From the NCBI GenBank assembly GCA_049973735.1, contig JBMFJL010000011.1, positions 1 through 12,604 on the forward strand: DNA of 12,604 bases, read 5' to 3'. The DNA comes from Nanopusillaceae archaeon (GTDB taxonomy: Archaea > Nanobdellota > Nanobdellia > Nanobdellales > Nanobdellaceae). Below, in pieces: positions 1 through 6,925 of this stretch. Position 1 is the first letter of the stretch. Each line of letters begins with the position of its first letter. Under the pieces are notes generated by a model. The model made no database searches, was not told where the DNA came from, and was given only the letters and a program-made list of their open reading frames with translations. Both the position numbers and the translations under genes were made by a program.

Positions 1-1175
1 CTATATGCAATTTTCTTTATTAATTCAATTATTTTTTCTTTATCTCCCCATTTTATATCATAATTTATTTTCTTATCTTGTACCAATTCTATAAAAGATG
101 CAATTACATGACCCGTTGAAATAACATCCAATCCTAACCTATCACACAAATTTTTTACATAAATTACAAAATCTATATCATCAATACCTAAAGATGATCC
201 TAAAGAAACAAAACCACCCCAATATTCTGGTGCTCCTCCTTCAGCATATAATTCCTTTATTTTTGTTCTAACATATTTATGACATCCTATTTGGCATCCC
301 CAACAAGCCTCTTTCGGCGATTCTTTTATATCAATTCTTTCTACAAATTCTTTTTTTATCTTTTCAGCATCTATTTTCATATATTGATTAAAATTATTTG
401 ATGGGATTGCATTATGTTTTCCAATTCTTGTTATTAGCATTCCTAAAGTACCATATTTTGATAAATCTTCAACTAGTTCATTGGATCTTAACTTTCTTAA
501 TTTTTCTATCATTATATTTCTAAATTTATTTTCATCAAATATTTTTAACTTATTATTTCCCTTTACAACAATACCTTTTAATTTTTTAGATCCGAATATT
601 GCACCAAATCCTAATCTTCCGGCTGCATGATATCTTTCTATATTTACCGATGCGTATTTTACTAAATTTTCTCCAGCAGGTCCAATTAATAATATAGAAG
701 ATTCCGGATATTTATTTAATAAATAATTATAAGATTCTACAACATCTTTTCCCCAAATTTCTTTTGCATCATTTATTTCTACATTTCCATTTATTATTGA
801 AATATATACAGGTTCCTCAGATTTTCCTTCAATTATTATTGCATCATATCCTGAAAGTTTTAAAAAAGGTCCGAATTTTCCACCTCCAACACTCCATCCT
901 AATCTATTCGTTAAAGGTGATTTTGATATAATAATTATTCTACCTGGAGTGGGTGCTCCAGTAATTCCTGTCAATGGTCCAGAAGCGATAATTATCTTAT
1001 TTTCATCAGATAGAGGATTTACTTTTGGATTAACTTCTTTTAGAAAGTAGTATACACCTAAACCTCTTCCTCCAATCCATTTCTTTAAAATATCCTTATC
1101 CAATTCTTCTACAGATATTCTCTTTGTTGTTAAATTTATTCTCAGAATCTTTCCTGTATATCCATAATACTCCAT
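1..1175 (-). CDS. aor: Aldehyde:ferredoxin oxidoreductase family protein (tungstopterin/4Fe-4S enzyme). This is the N-terminal ~391 codons; the 3' end runs off the window.
   Basis: This ORF is absent from the ORF track because it is open to the window edge. My reverse-strand translation from the ATG at 1175-1173 reads MEYYGYTGKILRINLTTKRISVEELDKDILKKWIGGRGLGVYYFLKEVNPKVNPLSDENKIIIASGPLTGITGAPTPGR... and has no stop down to position 3. The YGYxGKILRINLT start, the WIGGRGLG motif and the later in-frame Cys cluster EACWGCQIGC (about 293-320, the family's 4Fe-4S ligand pattern) are AOR-family hallmarks. The subfamily (AOR, FOR, GAPOR or WOR) cannot be decided from this fragment. Confidence 0.85.
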   Translation of the reverse strand, partial: MEYYGYTGKILRINLTTKRISVEELDKDILKKWIGGRGLGVYYFLKEVNPKVNPLSDENKIIIASGPLTGITGAPTPGRIIIISKSPLTNRLGWSVGGGKFGPFLKLSGYDAIIIEGKSEEPVYISIINGNVEINDAKEIWGKDVVESYNYLLNKYPESSILLIGPAGENLVKYASVNIERYHAAGRLGFGAIFGSKKLKGIVVKGNNKLKIFDENKFRNIMIEKLRKLRSNELVEDLSKYGTLGMLITRIGKHNAIPSNNFNQYMKIDAEKIKKEFVERIDIKESPKEACWGCQIGCHKYVRTKIKELYAEGGAPEYWGGFVSLGSSLGIDDIDFVIYVKNLCDRLGLDVISTGHVIASFIELVQDKKINYDIKWGDKEKIIELIKKIAY

Positions 1176-1266
1176 AATATTTAATTTTATTTTCCAAATA
1201 TAAGAATTATATTTTTAAAATCAAACTGTTTAATTCAAATTTTATTGACAATATTTAAAATAATAT

Positions 1267-1282
1267 AAACTTTTTTAATATA
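1267..1282 (+). promoter_or_regulatory. Putative BRE/TATA element for the 1302 ORF
   Basis: The sequence aaacttttttaatata is centred about 25 nt upstream of the ATG at 1302, and there is no Shine-Dalgarno sequence between them. This spacing fits an archaeal leaderless transcript. The AT-rich background makes any TATA call weak. Confidence 0.35.
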
Positions 1283-1301
1283 TCGGTAGTTTTACTATAT
1301 T

Positions 1302-1694
1302 ATGGTAAAAATACCAGATACCGAAGCACTCAAAAAGATGGGTATATTCTTGATAGGGCTTTCTTTATTGATAATTGCCATTGTTGCTGTATTATTTTAC
1401 CAACTTGTTAGCAATAAATCTTCCGTATACGAATCAAATTATTATGTTTATTGTAATAAGGAACAATTAGACGGCTATTACATAATAATAAATGCATATA
1501 ATGATCTAAGAGATGTTGTTGTAAAAAATGTCAATGATACCATATTTTGCACATTTGACTATATACCAAAAGGTTCCGAAAGAGTTTGCTTTGTAGGAAA
1601 TTCTCCCGGAATATACATTGTAAAATCTGGATACTATGAAAAAATAGCTAATTGCGTAGAGTATTATCCCCCAATAAGACCTTTACCACAATGA
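1302..1694 (+). CDS. Hypothetical small N-terminally membrane-anchored or secreted protein (130 aa)
   Basis: The ORF has a good ATG with a TATA-like box upstream. One hydrophobic helix (GIFLIGLSLLIIAIVAVLFY) follows a short basic N-terminus. The rest is Tyr/Asn/Val-rich, looks beta-rich, and carries 4 Cys. The stop overlaps the next ATG (ATGA at 1691-1694). I recognise no family. Confidence 0.6.
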   Translation: MVKIPDTEALKKMGIFLIGLSLLIIAIVAVLFYQLVSNKSSVYESNYYVYCNKEQLDGYYIIINAYNDLRDVVVKNVNDTIFCTFDYIPKGSERVCFVGNSPGIYIVKSGYYEKIANCVEYYPPIRPLPQ

Positions 1695-2299
1695 ACATAA
1701 ATAAAGATAGCTTAGACAAAATAATTGAAAAAAACAATATTAATAATAAAAAACTCGTTTACTACATAGATAGAACATTGTCTTTGTTATATGCTAATAC
1801 AATAAAAAATTTAGACAAATATAAAATACAAATCGCTCAGAATATTGAAAAATATTTAAATCATGGAGTAAAGGAATCGGCTTCTGTTTTACCTTCTATA
1901 TCAAAAATTGATGAGAAATATGCAATCGGTCTTTATAAATCCCTACACGCTATTAACATTTTAAGATTGTATAGAGAAGAAAATAATAAAGAATTCTTCA
2001 TTAAATTATTTGAAGAATTGGGATCGAGAATTTTAAATAAGGAAATTTCTAGCTATCATGTAGATTTAACTAAAGAAAAAATAATAAAAATAGGATATGA
2101 ATATGGATCAAAAAAGATAATGCCGAAAAACGTAATGTATGATTCTATTAATGAATTTATCGATAATTTAACTAAAAATGATAATTGGAATAAATTAAAC
2201 AATAAAGAAAAAGCCGAAAAGATTGTAAATGAATTAGTAAAATATGTTTATTCAGAATATAATAAAACTATGGAAAAATTAATACAATTTTTTAATTAA
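1691..2299 (+). CDS. Hypothetical Lys/Asn/Glu-rich protein, probably all-alpha and soluble (202 aa from the ATG at 1691)
   Basis: The track ORF 1652-2299 begins at a TTG. The first ATG (1691, MNINKDSL...) overlaps the upstream stop as ATGA, which is a classic translational-coupling arrangement. I see no TM segment and no recognisable catalytic motif. Confidence 0.6.
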   Translation: MNINKDSLDKIIEKNNINNKKLVYYIDRTLSLLYANTIKNLDKYKIQIAQNIEKYLNHGVKESASVLPSISKIDEKYAIGLYKSLHAINILRLYREENNKEFFIKLFEELGSRILNKEISSYHVDLTKEKIIKIGYEYGSKKIMPKNVMYDSINEFIDNLTKNDNWNKLNNKEKAEKIVNELVKYVYSEYNKTMEKLIQFFN

Positions 2300-2365
2300 T
2301 TGAACTTAAAAAGATATACAAGTATATTTAAAAACTTATAAAATTGTACAGCTCATCTATATAAT

Positions 2366-2890
2366 ATGGCAGGTTTTGAGGATCTTTTAATTAATCTTAC
2401 ATTAGTTGGTATATTAATTTTAATTATTTATGCATTAATAGAAGGTCTTATATTATATATTGCAGCTAAAATGGTTGGAGCTGAAACAGTAACATATGGT
2501 AGAGCTGTAGGAGCAGCTCTATCGCTAGCTATATTAGTTCCAATAATGTTTCTCTTTGGAAGTTTCATATTAAAAAATAATCTTATTGGAATAGTTTTAG
2601 CATTCCTTATAACAATTTTAATCATTAAATCTGCATTTGAAACCTCATTTGGTAAAGCAATACTAATACTAATTATTTTCTTCATATTAAATATAGTTTT
2701 ATCATTTGTTTCAGCATTCTTACCTAGCGATGTACAAAGTAATGTTAAATCTATAGGTTTTAATAGTATATTAAATATAAATGAATTAAAAAACCTATTT
2801 GGTAATTTTAATTTAAGCAGTTTAAGTAATATACAAAATATCGCTAATCAACAGACAAATACAGAGACAATAAATACAAATACTAGCTAG
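2366..2890 (+). CDS. Hypothetical polytopic membrane protein (174 aa, about 4 TM helices) with an Asn/Ser/Thr/Gln-rich C-terminal tail
   Basis: Four long hydrophobic stretches are present (LVGILILIIYALIEGLILYIAA, AVGAALSLAILVPIMFLFGSFIL, LIGIVLAFLITILII, AILILIIFFILNIVLSFVSAF). They are followed by a low-complexity tail, NFNLSSLSNIQNIANQQTNTETINTNTS. A TATA-like sequence, gtatatttaaaaac, lies about 30-45 nt upstream. Confidence 0.65.
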   Translation: MAGFEDLLINLTLVGILILIIYALIEGLILYIAAKMVGAETVTYGRAVGAALSLAILVPIMFLFGSFILKNNLIGIVLAFLITILIIKSAFETSFGKAILILIIFFILNIVLSFVSAFLPSDVQSNVKSIGFNSILNINELKNLFGNFNLSSLSNIQNIANQQTNTETINTNTS

Positions 2891-2898
2891 TAGAATAT

Positions 2899-2927
2899 CT
2901 TTTGCTTTTATAAATTTTTAATTTTTT
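2899..2927 (+). terminator. Possible oligo-T transcription terminator after the 2366-2890 ORF
   Basis: Several T-runs (tctttt, ttttt, tttttt) lie within 40 nt of the TAG stop at 2888-2890. Archaeal RNA polymerase terminates at oligo-T tracts. Such runs are common in sequence this AT-rich, so specificity is low. Confidence 0.3.
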
Positions 2928-2990
2928 ATAGTAAAGCTTAATAATTTATTTTTAATAAGATTAATTAAATTTTTTTATTAGATAATATTG

Positions 2991-3887
2991 ATGGTTGCTA
3001 TGTTAAACAATGAAGATTTAGATAGACTGCTAAAGAAAATAAAAGTTTTTGTAACTTTTAATATAGATAAAACCTATTTTGAAAAAATAAAAGGTAGTCT
3101 GGAATCGTCAGAAACCACAGTTGAAGAAATAGGATATAATAGTATAGAAATTAGCTTAAATAATTTGCCAAAACTGACAGATATTCTTTATAAATTAGGT
3201 CTAGGACCATATAGAATATTTTTTTCTGAAGATAAAGGTACAGACAATTTTTTATGTAGATTAGTAAATTTGCCAGAATGTAAATTTAAAATAGAAAATG
3301 GAGATTTATATTGGATAAATAAATTAGAAAAGTCAGACGAATCCAAAGCTAAATATTTATTTGACGGATATATTATTAGCGATGAATTTAGAGGCTATAT
3401 AAAAACATCTAGAGATCAATATAAAATATTTGATTCACATTTGTGTAAAAAAGAACATATAAACTATAAAATGTGTATAAGGATGTTACAACTTAACCCA
3501 ATTTATTTAGGAGAAGGTATTAGTGCTAGATTAAATATAGATCATGATAACATAGTATTGTTGAGAAGAAACTTACTATATTTAACGACTAGAACAAATA
3601 ACGAAAAGTTTGCAGTTATGGTTAAACACAAAAATTCCGATCTATCAGATAATACTTTAGATGTTGATAGGTATTCGCCAATAGTACCTTTCATAATTGC
3701 ATCTGTAGAATACGAGAAAATGGATAATGGAACAATTAAATTAAAAAGAATTGAAGCACAGGATATTGCAGAAGGAAAAATATATTATATAGATCCTAGA
3801 ATTGTATCTGATTCTCCGGTATTAGATACCTTTTCTTTTATTTACAGGAATTTAATTATAGATGTTATAAGAAATCGCTACATTTAA
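2991..3887 (+). CDS. Hypothetical soluble protein (~298 aa), no recognisable family
   Basis: This is a long uninterrupted ORF in sequence where stop codons are otherwise frequent. The track start at 2988 is a TTG, and ATGs follow at 2991 and 3000. The TATA-like ttttttatta at 2971-2980 favours the ATG at 3000 if the mRNA is leaderless. I found no TM segment, P-loop or metal-binding motif. Confidence 0.6.
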   Translation: MVAMLNNEDLDRLLKKIKVFVTFNIDKTYFEKIKGSLESSETTVEEIGYNSIEISLNNLPKLTDILYKLGLGPYRIFFSEDKGTDNFLCRLVNLPECKFKIENGDLYWINKLEKSDESKAKYLFDGYIISDEFRGYIKTSRDQYKIFDSHLCKKEHINYKMCIRMLQLNPIYLGEGISARLNIDHDNIVLLRRNLLYLTTRTNNEKFAVMVKHKNSDLSDNTLDVDRYSPIVPFIIASVEYEKMDNGTIKLKRIEAQDIAEGKIYYIDPRIVSDSPVLDTFSFIYRNLIIDVIRNRYI

Positions 3888-3893
3888 TTTTTA

Positions 3894-5546
3894 CTATAAT
3901 TCGCTTATTTTTCTTACTATTTCTATAGGAGTAAACGGCTCTCCAGTATGCTTTAATATTTTTTCTTCTATGTATATACCCAATTCTTGCTGTATTAATT
4001 TTGCTAATTGGCCAGTTAGATTATGTTCGATTGAAACAACTATTTTAGATTCTTCTAACAGATATTTAATTTCCTTTGGAAATGGAGACAAATAAGATAT
4101 ATGCAAATATTTCCAACCATTTAAATATTTTAATGCTTCTAATATGGGCATTTTATTAGAACCCCATGAAACAATTAATTTATTTCCAGATCCATATATT
4201 GAATATGGATCAAAGTGGCTTACTTCTTTTTCTATTTCTTTCATTTTTTTCATTCTCTTTTCACTCATCTTTTGACCAATAATTGGATCCTCTGTCTCAA
4301 TTCCATACTCGTCATGCTCATATGATGAAGATTTTACTATTGCATCAAATCCAGGTATTGTTCTAATGTGTGTTCCATCCTGCGTTATTCTATAATGTTT
4401 ATAATCTTTTGGAGGCTCTAGATCTATGTTTCTGGAAATTTCTACATCTGGTACATATATCTCATCAAAATTGGTTTTTGATTCTGCTAAAAATAAATCT
4501 GACAATATTATTGCTGGTGTATTATATTTATATGCTAAGTAAAAAGCTTCTACAGTTCTAGAGAATGCTTCTGCAGGGTCTCCAGGTGCAACAACAATTC
4601 TAGGGAATTCCCCATGTCCTATATATAATGATTCTAATAAATCTGATTGGTCTGTATGAGTTGCCATACCAGTGGATGGACCATATCTCTGAGCCCAATA
4701 TATTACAATAGGTATTTCTGCCATACCTGCTAAACTTATCCCTTCTGCCATTAAATCTATACCACCCCCCGAAGATCCAACCATAACTTTTGCACCAGCA
4801 TAAGATGCACCCAAAGCAACATTTATAGCACCAATCTCATTATCTGGTTGATAAGTTATTATATTATATTTATCCTTCAGAGATGCTAAAATATGTAAGA
4901 CAGGTGATGCGGGAGTCATGGGATATGCGACATAAATATCCAACCCTGCAGCAATTGCTCCCAATGCAACACCTTCAGATCCGGATAAATAAAATTGTTT
5001 TTTTCCTTTGTATCCTTCAATTTTTATATTACTGTTAATATCAAAATCTTTATATACAATATCTATTATTTTCAATTCTTCCGGATCTTTTATTCTTTTA
5101 CTGAAAACTTCTTTTACAACATCTAAATCTATATTTAGGTATTTAAAGAATCCGACTAAAACTATTGTAGATTCGTACTTCTGAGGTATATTATATTTTT
5201 TAATATAATATTCTGTGTCTATATCAATTTTTCTATCAAAGATTATATTCTTTTTTCCCAATACAAATCCACCAGGTTTTAATTTATCTTTATGTTTGTT
5301 TACTGTATTCTGATCATATGCAATTATATAATCAAACTCTCCATCATAGTATGAATATATTTTCTCCCTAGATACTGAAACAATATTATAATTATGCCCT
5401 CCTCTTATCAAACTCATATACCACCTATAATTAAAGACGTTGTATCCGAGCTTAAGGAAAACTCTTGAAATTATATCTGCACTAAAATCTATTCCCTGGC
5501 CCGCTTGTCCACCTATTAAAATATTTAAGTCAGGTACCATAATCAT
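3894..5546 (-). CDS. 2-oxoacid:ferredoxin (acceptor) oxidoreductase, alpha subunit with an N-terminal gamma-type domain
   Basis: The N-terminus ILIGGQAGQGIDFSADIISRVFLKLGYNV matches the gamma-domain GGQG motif. From about aa 185, YLSGSEGVALGAIAAGLDIYVAYPMTPASPVLHILA...GSSGGGIDLMAEGISLAGMAEIPIVIY matches alpha-subunit domain I. The C-terminal domain II (LIVSWGS...HISYLSPFP...VVSIEHNLTGQL) is also typical. This gamma-then-alpha order is that of the alpha subunit of two-subunit OFORs. Substrate specificity (pyruvate, 2-oxoglutarate or broad) cannot be called from sequence by eye. The start could be Met1 (5546) or Met3 (5540). Confidence 0.9.
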   Translation of the reverse strand: MIMVPDLNILIGGQAGQGIDFSADIISRVFLKLGYNVFNYRWYMSLIRGGHNYNIVSVSREKIYSYYDGEFDYIIAYDQNTVNKHKDKLKPGGFVLGKKNIIFDRKIDIDTEYYIKKYNIPQKYESTIVLVGFFKYLNIDLDVVKEVFSKRIKDPEELKIIDIVYKDFDINSNIKIEGYKGKKQFYLSGSEGVALGAIAAGLDIYVAYPMTPASPVLHILASLKDKYNIITYQPDNEIGAINVALGASYAGAKVMVGSSGGGIDLMAEGISLAGMAEIPIVIYWAQRYGPSTGMATHTDQSDLLESLYIGHGEFPRIVVAPGDPAEAFSRTVEAFYLAYKYNTPAIILSDLFLAESKTNFDEIYVPDVEISRNIDLEPPKDYKHYRITQDGTHIRTIPGFDAIVKSSSYEHDEYGIETEDPIIGQKMSEKRMKKMKEIEKEVSHFDPYSIYGSGNKLIVSWGSNKMPILEALKYLNGWKYLHISYLSPFPKEIKYLLEESKIVVSIEHNLTGQLAKLIQQELGIYIEEKILKHTGEPFTPIEIVRKISEL

Positions 5547-5583
5547 TTAAAGAATTTTAGTAATTTAAAAATAATAGAAATTT

Positions 5584-5608
5584 ATTCTTCAGTGATAACA
5601 AGAAGAAT
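5584..5608. promoter_or_regulatory. 7-bp perfect inverted repeat (attcttc N11 gaagaat), a possible operator or hairpin
   Basis: The sequence attcttc at 5584-5590 is the exact reverse complement of gaagaat at 5602-5608. The repeat lies just upstream, in gene orientation, of the TATA-like taatttaaaaataatag (5561-5577) of the oxidoreductase gene. It is also 23 nt downstream of the EamA stop. Confidence 0.3.
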
Positions 5609-5630
5609 TATATAAGACACTACTAAAAAA

Positions 5631-6059
5631 TTATAAAATAACTAATATAGAACCTAATACTACTAGTATTATTCCTAAAACAGATTTTATACTAAAATTT
5701 TCATTTAAAACTAATATGGAAAATATGAATACAAATACTATACTTAATCTATCTATAACTGCAACTTTATAAGCATCTCCTAGCTTTAAAGCAGAAAAAT
5801 AAAATATCCAGGACAATATTCCTGCAATTCCAGAGAGTATTATAAATATTATTGAAATATTGCTGAGTTTTAAGTTATTTAGTTGAGTTATTTTTCCACT
5901 CAATACTAAAATTAGCATCATAAAAACAAACATAATTATAGATCTTATTGCTGTTGCGGTTAATGAATCTATATTTGATAAGCCTATTTTTCCAAAAATC
6001 GAAACTAAAGCTGCAAATATTGCAGATAATAAGGCTAATATTATATATGAATCTACCAT
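5631..6059 (-). CDS. Single-domain EamA-like (DMT superfamily) small membrane transporter (142 aa)
   Basis: The protein is almost entirely hydrophobic with 4-5 TM helices. The N-terminal ALLSAIFAALVSIFGKIGLSNIDSLTATAIRSII and the C-terminal GIILVVLGSILV resemble the EamA repeat unit. At half the size of two-repeat DMT proteins, it implies a dimer. Confidence 0.65.
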   Translation of the reverse strand: MVDSYIILALLSAIFAALVSIFGKIGLSNIDSLTATAIRSIIMFVFMMLILVLSGKITQLNNLKLSNISIIFIILSGIAGILSWIFYFSALKLGDAYKVAVIDRLSIVFVFIFSILVLNENFSIKSVLGIILVVLGSILVIL

Positions 6060-6142
6060 TACTATTTTAATAAAAGTTTTGTTTATTAAATTTATATTTT
6101 TTTCAGTATTAAGTTTATTAAGTTAAAATAAAATATCTTTAT

Positions 6143-6925
6143 GTGACATGCCGAGATGATTGTATTTGTCGGAAAATTGATATCATAATACAAACAAAAG
6201 GATATTCATCTGTATCCGAACTGATAGCAAATTTAATGAATTACAAAAGTAATGATATTAATTATCTATTAGCAGTTTTAAATCATGAATTTCCTAAATG
6301 TTCTTTTCCAAATACAATAAATATCTATGACTTTCTTAAAAATAGAAGTGAGAAAATGAACTTAAAATCTGTACTATCTATATATGGCAAGGAAGAAACT
6401 TTAGATCTAATTTTAAATAAAGGACTTTTTGTTATTTCGACTAGTATTATAGATGCAAGAGATTTTGAAAAAGGTAAAAAAATAATCTTTTCGTATGATT
6501 TATTTAAAAAAATTGGAAATGAAAGAATATATGTATTGAGTGCTTACGATATCGATAAATACTTTATTTCTTTAATTGATATGAAGGGAATAATTCAAAA
6601 ATATATAGAGAATGGTGTAATAAAAAGTAGTCCAACTAGATATATGACCATAAATCCAGATAAATTGGTAAATTATGGATTAGTGACATATTATGAAATA
6701 GTTCAGAATTCCGAAAATACCAACATGGAAGATTTGTACAGAATAGAAAAACGTATACCTCATAATATCTTTAAGATAGATAGAGAAATTATCGCATCTT
6801 TACTGAAGAATTATATTCAGATAAAATATCAGGGGAAATTAGATTTAAGAATAAGAAGAGGAAAAATTACTATTAACACGATTAAAAATACAGCAATAGA
6901 TATTAGCCAACAATATTTTTCATAA
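6143..6925 (+). CDS. Hypothetical protein (260 aa from the GTG at 6143; the first in-frame ATG is at 6236)
   Basis: This is a long open frame. The TATA-like aagtttattaag (6111-6122) is centred about 27 nt upstream of the GTG, which supports that start. The N-terminus has a C-x4-C-x-C cluster (TCRDDCICR). The segment GIIQKYIENGVIKSSPTRYMTINPDKLVNYGLV vaguely resembles a winged-helix recognition unit. The 3' end overlaps the convergent isomerase gene by 23 nt. I recognise no confident family. Confidence 0.5.
   Translation: MTCRDDCICRKIDIIIQTKGYSSVSELIANLMNYKSNDINYLLAVLNHEFPKCSFPNTINIYDFLKNRSEKMNLKSVLSIYGKEETLDLILNKGLFVISTSIIDARDFEKGKKIIFSYDLFKKIGNERIYVLSAYDIDKYFISLIDMKGIIQKYIENGVIKSSPTRYMTINPDKLVNYGLVTYYEIVQNSENTNMEDLYRIEKRIPHNIFKIDREIIASLLKNYIQIKYQGKLDLRIRRGKITINTIKNTAIDISQQYFS

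Noticed and set aside
1176-1258. Repeated aatatttaa 9-mer at about 1176-1184 and 1250-1258 in the AOR/1302 divergent region
   Set aside because: This is an A/T-only 9-mer in A/T-only sequence and is expected by chance. It has no symmetric arrangement relative to either start codon.
1652-1690. TTG-initiated 13-codon N-terminal extension of the 1691-2299 ORF, as given in the ORF track
   Set aside because: The extension would overlap the upstream gene by 43 nt and starts at a rare TTG. The ATG at 1691 forms a clean ATGA stop-start overlap, which is the more economical model.
2428-2685. 85-aa ORF antisense to the 2366-2890 membrane-protein gene
   Set aside because: It lies wholly inside a better-supported ORF on the opposite strand. 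Its composition mirrors the sense strand's hydrophobic codons, so it is a typical shadow ORF. It has no promoter-like context of its own.
4370-4561. 63-aa ORF antisense to the oxidoreductase alpha-subunit gene
   Set aside because: It is embedded in a strongly recognisable conserved gene. It is Leu/Phe-rich and low in complexity, so I read it as a shadow ORF.
6108-6125. Tandem 9-mer attaagttt/attaagtta in the 6060-6142 divergent intergenic region
   Set aside because: There are only two imperfect copies of an A/T-only word in an AT-rich promoter region. It is better explained as part of the BRE/TATA sequence of the 6143 ORF than as a repeat element.
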